From: a plasmid
Sequence record: NZ_CP040051.1
Length of the DNA stretch: 64,000 nt
Strand: one strand, 5' to 3'
Position numbers and translations under genes: made by a program. Below are positions 1 to 10,212 of this stretch, one piece after another. The notes beneath the pieces are model-generated. The model was given only the letters and a program-made list of their open reading frames with translations, did no database searches and had not been told where the DNA came from. Within the stretch, counting starts at the first letter, position 1, and the number at the start of each line of letters is the position of its first letter.

Positions 1-869
1 TTTGTGTGGGGATTGGACGCACGAAAACAGAGGCTAAGTGCATGAATCATATAGCGAAAACCTATCCACATTTGAACGGTATTTGTAATATTTTTGATAT
101 TGCTGAAGTAAAAGATTCTATTTATCGTAATACGGATGTTGGAGAGGTTTGGGGGGTGGGCCGGCAACAAAAAAAGAAACTTCAGCTTATGAATATTAAT
201 ACGATCTATGACCTAATGATGGCTCCACCATCGCATATACAAAGTGTTTTTTCAGTGGTATTAAAGCGTACTGTTCTGGAGTTAAATGGCATATCATGTA
301 TTGATATAGAGCATACGCCTCCAACAAAAAAACAAATTGTCTCATCACGAACGTTTGGCCAGAGAATAACAAAAATTCATGATTTGAAAGAAGCAATTAT
401 TAAAAGAACACAAGAAGCGTTTACACGTGCGAGAAATGAACAAGTTCTTGTGGGGTGCCTTATTGTGTTTGGGTATTCAAATCCTTTTGATAAAACAAAG
501 CCTTTTTATAAAAAGGAACAAAGCGCATCTTTTGCTGTACCTACGGATGATTTAAGGTTACTGGTTCAAACAGCAACAAGATTAATGGATCAAGTCTATA
601 AGGCCGGAATTGAATTTAAAAAAGCCGGAGTGATTTTGACTTGTCTCGAACCAAAACATACTTACACCTATGATCTGTTAACTGACCATCAGGATCTGGA
701 GAAAACAGAGCAACTTATGAAGGCTATTGAGGATGTACAACAGATCTTTGGTAAAAACAAAATTGGATTTGGGGGAAGTATGTTTAAAAACCGGATTTGG
801 AACCTTACAGCAAATCATCAAACTAGAAATTATTTTAGTTTTGATGGAATGATAAAAATTATGAATTAA
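1..869 (+). CDS. umuC: Y-family DNA polymerase V catalytic subunit UmuC-like, C-terminal part. The 5' end lies outside the window.
   Basis: The ORF is open to the window edge. The translation has UmuC/DinB-like little-finger region motifs (EVWGVGRQQKKKL...NINTIYDL). It is convergent with parB. Confidence 0.7.
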   Translation, partial: CVGIGRTKTEAKCMNHIAKTYPHLNGICNIFDIAEVKDSIYRNTDVGEVWGVGRQQKKKLQLMNINTIYDLMMAPPSHIQSVFSVVLKRTVLELNGISCIDIEHTPPTKKQIVSSRTFGQRITKIHDLKEAIIKRTQEAFTRARNEQVLVGCLIVFGYSNPFDKTKPFYKKEQSASFAVPTDDLRLLVQTATRLMDQVYKAGIEFKKAGVILTCLEPKHTYTYDLLTDHQDLEKTEQLMKAIEDVQQIFGKNKIGFGGSMFKNRIWNLTANHQTRNYFSFDGMIKIMN

Positions 870-901
870 AAAAAGATAAAAAAACAAAGCCATAGATAGA
901 G

Positions 902-926
902 AAAAACCACCTTTCGGTGGTTTTTC
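902..926. terminator. Bidirectional rho-independent terminator hairpin between convergent umuC and parB.
   Basis: aaaaCCACCtttcGGTGGtttt stem-loop flanked by A and T runs. Confidence 0.5.
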
Positions 927-936
927 CAATTAACGC

Positions 937-1815
937 TTATTTATATTGCTTTAAAATTAAAGTCAGATCCTTAATCAGTTCACCTAAAGAATTTACAACT
1001 TCTTCACGTTCTTCAGGATCTTTGATTTCGCCCTTATGTAGTTTCGATACTAACGGTAAGCTTTCTTTAGCTTTCGATAGAATATCCTCAATTACAGTTT
1101 CATTGAGTGAAACTTCTTTTGATTTAGGTTTATCTTTTTCAAGATCTGTTTCAAAAGTCTTTTTGAATTTTTGTACTTCAGCAATACCAATTTTTTTAGC
1201 TGTTGCAGATTGTTTTTCAACCCAAGCACGTACATCTACTTTATGATCACGATATAAAACTGCAATCTCATACATTGCTGAGAAGTCATTTAATAGATTG
1301 CGATTACACATATCTTCCAGAGTTTCGAGAATTTCTTCATCCAACCCATCGGTGATAGCTACAATCTTTGAAACTTTTGCATCACCATAAGCCAGCGTTT
1401 TACCGATTTGACGTTGGCTGTATCCTTTAGCCTTTAAGCGAACAATAGCACGACTAATATCATAAATAGTCATGTCTTCATTCATTGTGTTAGCTGTTAA
1501 CTGGTCCAACTCTGTAAAGCTTTCTACAACAACGGCTGGGATCTTATCAATTCCAGCACGAAGGCTGTTTTTAACTCGTCTATTGCCATCTTTAACAATA
1601 AAACGGTTGCTATCATGAGGATGCTTTATAAGAATAACGGGTATACGAACACCGCTTTCACGAATACTTTCTTCAAGATCTTTTTCTTTAGCTTCAATGA
1701 ATGTCTTACGTGGGTTTTCCGGATCGAGATCGATTAGATGGAGTTCAATTTCTTTTTGTTCGGCATTAGCTTCTGTTTCATCATCCTTAAGGATTGAATC
1801 TAATAACATACTCAT
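937..1815 (-). CDS. parB: ParB/KorB-family partition protein.
   Basis: ParB-box-like segments (IPVILIK...KDGNRRV...IDKIPAVVV) plus an HTH region (GYSQRQIGKTLAYGDAKVSKI). Sits immediately downstream of parA. Confidence 0.75.
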   Translation of the reverse strand: MSMLLDSILKDDETEANAEQKEIELHLIDLDPENPRKTFIEAKEKDLEESIRESGVRIPVILIKHPHDSNRFIVKDGNRRVKNSLRAGIDKIPAVVVESFTELDQLTANTMNEDMTIYDISRAIVRLKAKGYSQRQIGKTLAYGDAKVSKIVAITDGLDEEILETLEDMCNRNLLNDFSAMYEIAVLYRDHKVDVRAWVEKQSATAKKIGIAEVQKFKKTFETDLEKDKPKSKEVSLNETVIEDILSKAKESLPLVSKLHKGEIKDPEEREEVVNSLGELIKDLTLILKQYK

Positions 1816-1818
1816 GAT

Positions 1819-2703
1819 TTATTCTCCTTTACCAGATGTATTGAACACAGATAATTTAAGTTGAGTGCCAACTTGTTTGAATATATTGGTAAATGTTCGT
1901 TTGACATCACGTGATGATGTTTTATTAATATGCCAACAAGCAGTGCCATAAGTGACTGCTTCTTCTATAACATTCTTATCCGTTATATATGCCATATTAG
2001 ATTTATCTTGGTAGAACAAATTGGTTTGCTCAGCCACTTCCAACAACTTAGATAGTTCATTCTTTTGAATATTTGATTTTAAATTAACCATATTGGGAAC
2101 AATACCGCCAATTAATAACTTGGGGTTGTTCGTTTTTTTAATTTTATTAGCAAAAGACAAATAATCTCGAATACCATCCGATGCGTATTGTTTAAGCATT
2201 GTCGGAATTAAAACTACATTTGATACTGATAAAGGTAGAAGCATTAAATTACTTAGAGTAGGGGGTGTGTCGAATATAATAACTGTTTTATATTTCAATA
2301 ACTTACTAATATTATCTTTAAAAATAGTAACTAGATCAACATCGCTACTCGTGTTTATATTAGCGAGTGCTTTAGTTGGTCGAAAAACGCCAATTGAGCC
2401 ATTTTGTAAGTCGCACTTAAGATTATGATTATCTTTAAGAAAAAGAGAAATTGCGTCCCCTAAGTTATGTACAGGTGAGGTTGGTCGCGTCACATATTCT
2501 GGTAATACTGTATTTGAATTGAGCATTAATAAATGACCAGAGCTGTTGCCTTGATTATCAAGGTCCACGACAATTACCTTGTAGCCATGTTGAGAAAAAA
2601 AGTACGCAGAATGTACGGTAAATGTACTTTTACCGACGCCACCTTTTCCATTACCAATAGTTAAGATACCGGCATCTTTAATTTGTGAAGTCTTGTCGTT
2701 CAT
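1819..2703 (-). CDS. parA: ParA/Soj-family Walker-type partition ATPase.
   Basis: Deviant Walker A motif GNGKGGVGKST, followed by DLDNQGNSS. Confidence 0.85.
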   Translation of the reverse strand: MNDKTSQIKDAGILTIGNGKGGVGKSTFTVHSAYFFSQHGYKVIVVDLDNQGNSSGHLLMLNSNTVLPEYVTRPTSPVHNLGDAISLFLKDNHNLKCDLQNGSIGVFRPTKALANINTSSDVDLVTIFKDNISKLLKYKTVIIFDTPPTLSNLMLLPLSVSNVVLIPTMLKQYASDGIRDYLSFANKIKKTNNPKLLIGGIVPNMVNLKSNIQKNELSKLLEVAEQTNLFYQDKSNMAYITDKNVIEEAVTYGTACWHINKTSSRDVKRTFTNIFKQVGTQLKLSVFNTSGKGE

Positions 2704-2836
2704 GTGCTTATCCTATTTATAAAAATCAGGGCGAACTCTTGTAGAAATCACTACCCGTCCACCGCATGATTAATAGAATAGCAGAATATTAAATTTATGA
2801 AAGTATTTTTCCAAAAAAATTTTCATTTATGAAAAC

Positions 2837-3484
2837 TTAATTAGACATTTGATTCGAACTAACAAACATATCCATAATTTCTAGATCAATGTTTTTGATA
2901 TTTATAGAATACATTTTTAATGTTTCTATCGCATCTGGAAAAAAATCCAATGGGTTACTTAACTGATCTTCAATAGAAGAGAGGGCAATATTTGGCATTG
3001 CTCTTGAGGTTAAGTTGTTGATATAAAACACATTACACCAAGATGGGAAAATAAATTCTTGCTTGAGGTGAAGCTCAAAAATATTTAGTAAAACACCTTT
3101 TAGTTTTAAAGCAGACTCAGGACCAAAAACATTTGGTGCATTTAGCGTACCTAAGCAGTAGGAGAACTTTACAGTAAGAGAGTTTTCAGGAATTAAGTGG
3201 AAAACGTATACATAAAATTTATTTGGATCGTCATCAGATCTTAAAGTGAAGATTTGATCCTTACTCTCATATTCCTTTTTTTCTTTAAAAATATGTGATT
3301 GCTTTTGACCATTCGACATCAAATCATGTATCAGCAAGTTAGCTTTCTGCAACATTTCTGAGGCTGCCACAACATCTAAAACATGTTTCGGATTAGGTGA
3401 TTGCTTGAGTCTACTCATAAATTTATTAGGATCATTCTGATTTGAACGGAATACTCGTTCAAGTAATTCTAGAGAAAGCTGCAT
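2837..3484 (-). CDS. Hypothetical protein.
   Basis: Long ORF in an operon with the next two genes. No recognisable motif. Confidence 0.4.
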   Translation of the reverse strand: MQLSLELLERVFRSNQNDPNKFMSRLKQSPNPKHVLDVVAASEMLQKANLLIHDLMSNGQKQSHIFKEKKEYESKDQIFTLRSDDDPNKFYVYVFHLIPENSLTVKFSYCLGTLNAPNVFGPESALKLKGVLLNIFELHLKQEFIFPSWCNVFYINNLTSRAMPNIALSSIEDQLSNPLDFFPDAIETLKMYSINIKNIDLEIMDMFVSSNQMSN

Positions 3485-3500
3485 TCGGCACCTTTTTATC

Positions 3501-4109
3501 TTAAAGGAATGAAGTTTTGTTGGATAAAGCGTGTTGACGATTAATTGGAGTCAATTGTGGTCGAACAGGTATAGGAAGATTACTGAACTCAGAAATATTC
3601 CATTTATTAATACCAGCCGGAGAAGGTCCAATCTTACCGATATATGCATTTTTGAATGCTGGAATATATTGCTGAAGATGATCATAGTACATGTCGCTTA
3701 ACGGAATACTAATAGTTAAGCTTGGAATCCGGATCTTATTCTCACTGGATAAATTTAAATTGACATAATTTAGCGGTAAAAACTTGATAATCAAGTATTT
3801 TTCAATAAATGTAAAATACTCAATACCAATTTCACTTAACCACCAAAAGTCATTTTCTTGAGCGAATAACAAGAAATTTTCAGGATTCTTGTCATCTATT
3901 CCAAATGCAAACAAACTTGCTTGGTGATGTGTAAATTGAATACTAGAGTAAGGGTTTTTAGTTTCATAGTTTGTTTGAAAAGAACTTAAGAATCGGATGA
4001 AATACAACCATGCTCTTAATCGAAGTGCATTTAAAGATGCACTTTCAATTTCATTCTCTTCTAACGCTTCAAGAGCGTCAACGATATGTGGGGGTAGCTT
4101 TTTAGCCAT
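3501..4109 (-). CDS. Hypothetical protein.
   Basis: Long ORF whose stop overlaps the upstream gene (ATGGCTAA). Confidence 0.4.
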   Translation of the reverse strand: MAKKLPPHIVDALEALEENEIESASLNALRLRAWLYFIRFLSSFQTNYETKNPYSSIQFTHHQASLFAFGIDDKNPENFLLFAQENDFWWLSEIGIEYFTFIEKYLIIKFLPLNYVNLNLSSENKIRIPSLTISIPLSDMYYDHLQQYIPAFKNAYIGKIGPSPAGINKWNISEFSNLPIPVRPQLTPINRQHALSNKTSFL

Positions 4110-4896
4110 TTACTTCACCAGTGTTTTCAATCTCATCTTCATCTGAAGAATCTAGATTCGATTTCAAAGTGAACTTTTTATGTTCTTTAATAATCTTCTT
4201 AAGAGCTTGGTGTTCACTGATCCCGTGCATCTGTGATTGCTCTAAAACCCAACTATATGATGGAGTATCAAGGATCTTCTCAATATCAGTTTTAAGTGCA
4301 CGACTTCTTGCTGAACGATTATCTGTATTCAATAGCCCTTCAATATTAGACATCTTTCGGATGCGCTTTACATCACATTTACGAATATCAAGAGTTTTAC
4401 CGATCGAAAAATCACTATTGCCGTCTTGAACCATGTTCGCATACGGCTTTACTTTGCTGTAAAGCTGAAGACTATTAATAATGTGGTCATGGCCAGTTAC
4501 AACCATTCGTTCAATATATGGCGCAGTATCCAAGTCATCGATACGCTTATTACATTGAGCAACGATATCCTGAAGAACTTTTGGATCATTGATATCGCAA
4601 ATCAACCGTGAAAGTTGGCGCGTTTTATCAATAAGATGAGAAGTACCATCAATATGGAACTGACTTTGAATTTTAGAGAATTCGAGATTGTTTAGTATTG
4701 ATAAAGCAATCACAAATTCAGCTTTTAGGTCAACAATAAGGTCAAAGTTCTGTGAAATCGCTCGACAATAACTCTGTACTGGTAAACGACGTTCAACAGT
4801 CCAAATAGCAGTATCAAAGAAATTAATGAGATCGGCTAATTGATTGTCATTGAAAAGGGGATATTGCTTATTTGAAGATGAAAGAGGGTTATGCAA
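4102..4896 (-). CDS. Hypothetical protein, probably the 3' part of a frameshifted longer gene (see findings).
   Basis: The ORF begins with TTG. An upstream 37-codon ORF (start 5072, good RBS) joins it in frame if the T8 run at 4987–4994 gains one base. Confidence 0.45.
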   Translation of the reverse strand: MHNPLSSSNKQYPLFNDNQLADLINFFDTAIWTVERRLPVQSYCRAISQNFDLIVDLKAEFVIALSILNNLEFSKIQSQFHIDGTSHLIDKTRQLSRLICDINDPKVLQDIVAQCNKRIDDLDTAPYIERMVVTGHDHIINSLQLYSKVKPYANMVQDGNSDFSIGKTLDIRKCDVKRIRKMSNIEGLLNTDNRSARSRALKTDIEKILDTPSYSWVLEQSQMHGISEHQALKKIIKEHKKFTLKSNLDSSDEDEIENTGEVNG

Positions 4897-5081
4897 GTTC
4901 GACTTTTCACCACGAGTTATTTTTAAACTCAGTTCTTTGTCATCAGTAAAAAAACCGTTTTCTAAGATGGAAAAGTCCGAAGCCTCTTTTTTTTAGGTTT
5001 AGAGGCGATCAGATGTGTAATAGCCGAATAGTACTCATCTAGTGAGAAATTTAAACGTTGTTTACTTTCCATAATAACCTT

Positions 5082-5939
5082 TTAATTTAAACTATCTTGT
5101 AAGCAACCTAGATCATTGCTTTTGGCGGTAGCTGGAACCCCTAGCTTGCCCTGAACACGCGAAACAACATCTTCTGCAATTTGAACTTGTTGATCAATTG
5201 AAGATGAAGAATACGGGTTTTGTGAAGAATTTGCATAGCCATTTTTTGAATTAACATAATGGCCCCATAAAGATAGTGAGATAAATGCAAGTAGAAGTAA
5301 AACGATAGCGGCTAGGAAGAGCTGTAAAAGTGAAAACTCATAGCCAAATATTGAAAAGGTTCTTGGCTGTCTTACAGTTGATACAGATGCATGACCTGAA
5401 GTTGTGATAGGGGTATATCCACCACCGTTATTCTGGTTGCCAAAAGTTCTATTATTTAAGTTATAAGTTGAGATGATACTATTAAATGCATCCTCCCATT
5501 GGCCATTTAAATACTCTTTAATTTCATCAGGGGTGTTAAAGAAATATTTATCTGCTTTAGAATCATAATCGTTTGGATATACTTTGAAGTCGATATCAGC
5601 AATTTCATATGTCTTAGTTTCATCAGTTTCATTCTTAAAGGAAGGTGATATTTCTAAAACTGCTTTGAATTTGACAATTTTATAAGGTACTTCCTCTGAA
5701 GTATGCACCGGATCTGCATTCAATGTACTTTGGTCAAAGTCTAAAGCGTAATTAAATGATGGTAGTTCTGGAAGTTGAATTGATACTAATTTGGGAGCAC
5801 GATTGTGAATTGTGCAATTATCATCAGTATATACCTGAATTGTCAGAAAACTTTTATCTTCCTTTTCGTGAACATTGCTAGTCACTGAAGGTAAATGAGT
5901 CGTATCAGGTAATGACACTTTTTTATTAAACAGTTTCAT
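5082..5939 (-). CDS. Hypothetical membrane-anchored protein.
   Basis: One internal TM segment (LLQLFLAAIVLLLLAFISLSLW). Part of the tightly packed minus-strand operon. Confidence 0.45.
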   Translation of the reverse strand: MKLFNKKVSLPDTTHLPSVTSNVHEKEDKSFLTIQVYTDDNCTIHNRAPKLVSIQLPELPSFNYALDFDQSTLNADPVHTSEEVPYKIVKFKAVLEISPSFKNETDETKTYEIADIDFKVYPNDYDSKADKYFFNTPDEIKEYLNGQWEDAFNSIISTYNLNNRTFGNQNNGGGYTPITTSGHASVSTVRQPRTFSIFGYEFSLLQLFLAAIVLLLLAFISLSLWGHYVNSKNGYANSSQNPYSSSSIDQQVQIAEDVVSRVQGKLGVPATAKSNDLGCLQDSLN

Positions 5940-5960
5940 AGGTTATGCCTTCGCCAATTC

Positions 5961-6914
5961 TTAGATTTTTCCGAAAATCATTTCTAAAATGCTTTCATCT
6001 GATAAGCCAGTAGTCATTTTTGGCTCACCTGTTTTTTTGTTTAAGTAAAATGCTGTAGGAACAGCGATTGTTTGACTACCTGTACTTTGTACGGTTGCTT
6101 CAGTAAGGAATTGCACGTTTTCTTCAAGGGCCTTCTTCTCTTCAGGAGTAGGATTGACCACTATATTTGGATCTTTTGAGAACGCTCTTTCGAGTTGCTT
6201 TGGATCCCGAAGAACAGCAGCCGCCAATTTAGCGCCTTCTTCATGTTTACCAAGTAGCGTTGTTGGAATCCATTTGATCGAAAAGCCTTTTTCTACATAT
6301 TTACGTGTTGCGCGGTAGGCATCATGACAATTTGAACAACGAGGATCAAAAACGATATACAGTGTATCAACTGCTGAAGCATTACCTTCTTTTGCACCTT
6401 TTAATTTATCTAGTAAAGAGATAGATGGAGGAACTTCTTTATCCCATTTCCCTACGATTTCGGCAAAATCAACAGCTACGTTACCGCCAGTCGGTGCAGC
6501 AACTCCGGTTGAATTTGCTGGAGCACCACCTTGTTGTGCTTTTTGCAAAATAGGAAGGCTTACACTATCCATTGTTGCTGTATCAAAAGCATTTCCAGTA
6601 ATGACCACTTTTTCATCTTTAGTTGTAAAAACAACTTGTGGCTGGCCATTAATTAGCATGGTCCAAGCAAGTAGTTCGCCAGCCATAGGTTGAACGTTAG
6701 AAACTTGTCCCAGCTTACTCATTTGAGCAAAAAGATTTTCACTATAAAGGTTTGTGCTGTTTGAAGTTACAACTGTAGGAACATTATGTGATTCGTAATA
6801 AAACCATCCTCCAGCCGCACCAAAGCCAAGTAGAGCTGCCAAAGCAACATGGGGAAATTTAAAGCTTGATTTTTTATTGCTGTTACCAAGTGATTTGGTT
6901 TTCATAAAATTCAC
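5961..6914 (-). CDS. Thioredoxin-fold disulfide isomerase (DsbC/TrbB-like) of the transfer system.
   Basis: N-terminal signal/TM segment and a CxxC motif (FDPRCSNCHDAY) in a DsbC-like context. Confidence 0.55.
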   Translation of the reverse strand: MNFMKTKSLGNSNKKSSFKFPHVALAALLGFGAAGGWFYYESHNVPTVVTSNSTNLYSENLFAQMSKLGQVSNVQPMAGELLAWTMLINGQPQVVFTTKDEKVVITGNAFDTATMDSVSLPILQKAQQGGAPANSTGVAAPTGGNVAVDFAEIVGKWDKEVPPSISLLDKLKGAKEGNASAVDTLYIVFDPRCSNCHDAYRATRKYVEKGFSIKWIPTTLLGKHEEGAKLAAAVLRDPKQLERAFSKDPNIVVNPTPEEKKALEENVQFLTEATVQSTGSQTIAVPTAFYLNKKTGEPKMTTGLSDESILEMIFGKI

Positions 6915-6986
6915 CTTGAAGGAATTATTTTATAGAATAATACCTGATTTTAAAAAAAACATATATGCAAAAAATAAATATTTTTG

Positions 6987-8357
6987 CTAGTTGACGGTGA
7001 TCTCATTAGCTTTCGGAGGCGCTGGTAAATAAACATGAGGATCGGCGTAGCGATATTGTTTAAGGCTTTCTAAAAGCCCATTCCATCCATAGCTGAAATC
7101 TGGAGAAATCTTTCTCCGGTGGTAATAAGCTTCTGAGGTGTAGTGTGAAAATGCCGCAAGTTGTTCTACATAAACACTAGGTCTACCAACATTCTGAACA
7201 AGAGCCCAAAGCGTGCGGTCATAATTTCTCAACCAGCGAAGCTCACATGGAGCAAGTACCCCTAACGTTCTGGTTTTATAGATCAGTGCAATAAGGGCAG
7301 TACGTACATATGCATGCTTTGAAAAGACTTCTTTAGCTACAGGGTGATTCCAGTATCTCTCGACAATTTTCTGTAATCTTTTTCTTTCAAAATACTTAAA
7401 TTCACGTGGCTCATAATTTTTAGGATTAATAAAAGCTTTTTCTGAAGTTAAGTGCTCAATGGCTTTGTCCCAAAAGTAGTGAAGTAACATATCTTTTTGA
7501 GCTTTAATTTTTTTGAACTCTTTATCAGACATGCGTTCATCTGTAGCACAAGCCATTGGTAAAAAAAGTGCATAAAGAATAATTTCGCCATCGCTTAGAT
7601 TGGATGGTTTATCTAGCATTTGACCAAGTTGATGCATCATCAATTTTTCAAATTTGCTTTGGTCTAGCAGTGGATAAGCATCATCTTTTGGAGAATTTGA
7701 GCCTTTGAAATCATCAAAATCTTCGGCATTTTCAATTTCGTATTTTCTGAATCCATAAACAAGATTATGTATTTTGATAAATTCTCTTGGCGATAAAAGA
7801 AGTCTATAAAACCCTTTGTCGGTCGCATAGTTGGATTGAATAAAACGTTGTATATAGCGTAAATGTGGCTGATAAGATCCCAGCTCTCCAATTAATGATT
7901 CAAGATCATGTTCTTGAACATAGCGTGTGTCCGGTAAGTATTTCAAATTAATTGCATGTTTATACCAGATCCAGCCGACTAAGAGAGCTCCAATAAGAAT
8001 CGTTGGGAAAATGCAGTTTTCAGAGTAAAAGGAAAAAGGAACTACTTTTAAATTCGCTGTACAATGCATTAACGGATTCATTGCGTGATTTGGATCCGGA
8101 TAACATAGCTTTGTAATAGCATTAGTTGTGAAATCCAGATAACCAGCGTTAGAACCAGTTATCTTTTGAATAAATAATTGAAGGTAATAAAATGGAAGTT
8201 CAATTAACCCGTACACGTTTCGAGTAATTGTGATAATTGCCACTTTACCAATTTTCCATCCCCCAAAAACTAATAGAGGGATGCCTACACATAAAACACC
8301 AATCAAAATGAGTGTGTCATCAGTTGATCCATGACTTGTATTATGATTATTTGACAT
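6987..8357 (-). CDS. Polytopic membrane protein, possibly a type IVB secretion component.
   Basis: Several hydrophobic segments at the N-terminus. Lies in the operon with the DotB-like gene. Confidence 0.45.
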   Translation of the reverse strand: MSNNHNTSHGSTDDTLILIGVLCVGIPLLVFGGWKIGKVAIITITRNVYGLIELPFYYLQLFIQKITGSNAGYLDFTTNAITKLCYPDPNHAMNPLMHCTANLKVVPFSFYSENCIFPTILIGALLVGWIWYKHAINLKYLPDTRYVQEHDLESLIGELGSYQPHLRYIQRFIQSNYATDKGFYRLLLSPREFIKIHNLVYGFRKYEIENAEDFDDFKGSNSPKDDAYPLLDQSKFEKLMMHQLGQMLDKPSNLSDGEIILYALFLPMACATDERMSDKEFKKIKAQKDMLLHYFWDKAIEHLTSEKAFINPKNYEPREFKYFERKRLQKIVERYWNHPVAKEVFSKHAYVRTALIALIYKTRTLGVLAPCELRWLRNYDRTLWALVQNVGRPSVYVEQLAAFSHYTSEAYYHRRKISPDFSYGWNGLLESLKQYRYADPHVYLPAPPKANEITVN

Positions 8358-8375
8358 ATACGGCCTATATTAAGC

Positions 8376-9125
8376 TTATCCGACCTGAATCTGACTCCAG
8401 TCTTCAATAGTTGAACTTGATTGTTCATCGAAAGACTCTTGATCAACGGGATTTTGGATTTGATCAATCGTTTCTTGTTTTGGTGAAGCTAAAGTGTATT
8501 CAGGGGTGGGTGAAAGAGCATTGGTATTTAGATCGTCTAAGATAGGTTTCTGTAGAGGATCTGGATGACTAGTTGCTGTAATCATAGTTTCGCTATGAAC
8601 ATAACTTTCTAAAAGTGCAAAGGCTCTGGTGCTTTCAGTATTGAAGCTGGATGCCATGATTTGAATATTCTGGAAAAACTTCGTTTCATTCGTAAGCTCA
8701 ATAAAATCATCAAGGAATGCAGAGATTCCCAATTCAAAAAATTGATTCTCAAGAGCTGCCAGTTCGTTGAAATTCCTATTAGTAACATACGTGTAATACA
8801 TAAAAAGTTTGTATGCCAACATATTGGACATTTCATATAAAGCGGTTAGGCAATAAAGCTCTCTTTGATATTGAGTTTTACCAGTAAGTGTTTTAACAAT
8901 CGCCTCATGATGAAAGTTAAGGGCAATTTTGCTCTCATTTTTTCCAACGGCTCCAATTAACTGAAGTGATTTAGTAGGATGAAAAAAGAAATATGAAATG
9001 AGATGTGCATAGAAGCTATGCACATCAATCTCTTTTATATTCTTAAACTTGTCCAAAAAATCACGTTGGCGCTTAGGTAGCTTGGCTAAACTAACAGAGA
9101 TTCTTAACCGGTGTTTTTGAGGCAT
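8376..9125 (-). CDS. Hypothetical protein with an RHH-like N-terminus, possibly a ParR-like partner of the upstream actin-like ATPase.
   Basis: N-terminus KHRLRISVSLAKLPKRQRDFLDKF resembles a ribbon-helix-helix strand and helix. Positioned directly downstream of the ParM-like gene. Confidence 0.35.
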   Translation of the reverse strand: MPQKHRLRISVSLAKLPKRQRDFLDKFKNIKEIDVHSFYAHLISYFFFHPTKSLQLIGAVGKNESKIALNFHHEAIVKTLTGKTQYQRELYCLTALYEMSNMLAYKLFMYYTYVTNRNFNELAALENQFFELGISAFLDDFIELTNETKFFQNIQIMASSFNTESTRAFALLESYVHSETMITATSHPDPLQKPILDDLNTNALSPTPEYTLASPKQETIDQIQNPVDQESFDEQSSSTIEDWSQIQVG

Positions 9126-9138
9126 AAGTCACCTCAAA

Positions 9139-10197
9139 TCAAAGCTTCGAAATATACTTTGCACATTTATACATGCCACGTGCATTCGCAAATTCAGGCT
9201 GTTTTACAAGGTGCCAGTTATCATAGTTGAATCGTTTAAGTAGCTCGTCACCAAGCGTGATTGAACCTCCACCAACGAGCAACACTGCTCCTAGATCTTG
9301 ACCGTCTTGCACATTCACTTTGATAGAGTTTTCAATCTGATCAGTTATTTCAACCTTTGCAGCATTTAAGATTTTTGAAATATCGTGATCTTTCCCGCCA
9401 TGATTATAAATGCCGGTCTTCAAGGCTTTAGAGAGTCGCCAATCTGTAATATTTGAAGAAAGCCCGAAAAACTCCTTAAGATTTTGACTTACCTTATTTT
9501 TTAAAGTAATTATCCCTACATCTAGAGTGTCGCAGCGAGAAGCTTGCATGGTGCCGCCACGGGGATTAATCATTGCAATATCGGTAGTGCGACCACCAAT
9601 ATCGATAATTGCACAACCACCTTCCCATAAATCTTCATACATACTTGAGCGTTTGCCATTATCATCCATGAGAGCATCAAAATAAGCACATTGACCCTCA
9701 GAAAGAACGATATGGTTTAAAATTTGCAAAGGATCATTTTTTTTGTCGTGCTCATAAAGATTGTAAACAGTAGGGTTGTTAAAATCCTTATTAATCAATA
9801 GATTTTGAGTTTTGTCAGCAATCAACTTCTCATTTTTAGCTTTGTCTTTACCACCGTAGTACTGATTTAATGGTAAGCCAGTTGCAATTTTAAATTTACG
9901 GTATTGGCCATCAAAAGCTTGGTGAAGAGCATGGTGCACAAGTGCGACATTCGCATCACTTAGCGGATAATCTTCAGTACGTGTATCAATATGCTCTTTT
10001 GTAAATTCATCGACAGTAAAATACTTGCCATTAACGTGAATGATTTGTTTGTTTACTTCATCGGTATCACCAATAATGGTGCGTCCATTGGCGACTCGAC
10101 TTGGTAGACGAAAAGATTTACCCACTTCACCACAATAAATCTTGATTCCGTCATGGCCATCATCGACGCCAACTGTCAATGTTTTATAACCTTTCAT
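9139..10197 (-). CDS. ParM/StbA-family actin-like ATPase.
   Basis: Phosphate-1 motif VGVDDGHDGIK, the ParM-like stretch NVALVHHAL, and a C-terminal VLLVGGGSITLGDELL motif. Confidence 0.55.
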   Translation of the reverse strand: MKGYKTLTVGVDDGHDGIKIYCGEVGKSFRLPSRVANGRTIIGDTDEVNKQIIHVNGKYFTVDEFTKEHIDTRTEDYPLSDANVALVHHALHQAFDGQYRKFKIATGLPLNQYYGGKDKAKNEKLIADKTQNLLINKDFNNPTVYNLYEHDKKNDPLQILNHIVLSEGQCAYFDALMDDNGKRSSMYEDLWEGGCAIIDIGGRTTDIAMINPRGGTMQASRCDTLDVGIITLKNKVSQNLKEFFGLSSNITDWRLSKALKTGIYNHGGKDHDISKILNAAKVEITDQIENSIKVNVQDGQDLGAVLLVGGGSITLGDELLKRFNYDNWHLVKQPEFANARGMYKCAKYISKL

Positions 10198-10212
10198 ATC
10201 TATTTCCTTTAA

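Noticed and set aside
5225-5262. pdif/XerD-like half site (AATTAACATAA)
   Set aside because: Only one half-site is present, with a poor partner arm, and it lies inside a coding region. I judge it coincidental.
7664-7891. Nested and antisense small ORFs inside large genes (e.g. 7664–7891, 8609–8836, 10816–11010, 20150–20365, 21571–22067, 31626–31820, 39761–40120, 40234–41104, 41824–42637, 45866–46583, 58641–59111)
   Set aside because: They overlap much longer, motif-supported genes on the other strand or frame, and several sit in low-complexity Q-rich or GC-rich regions. I treat them as spurious.
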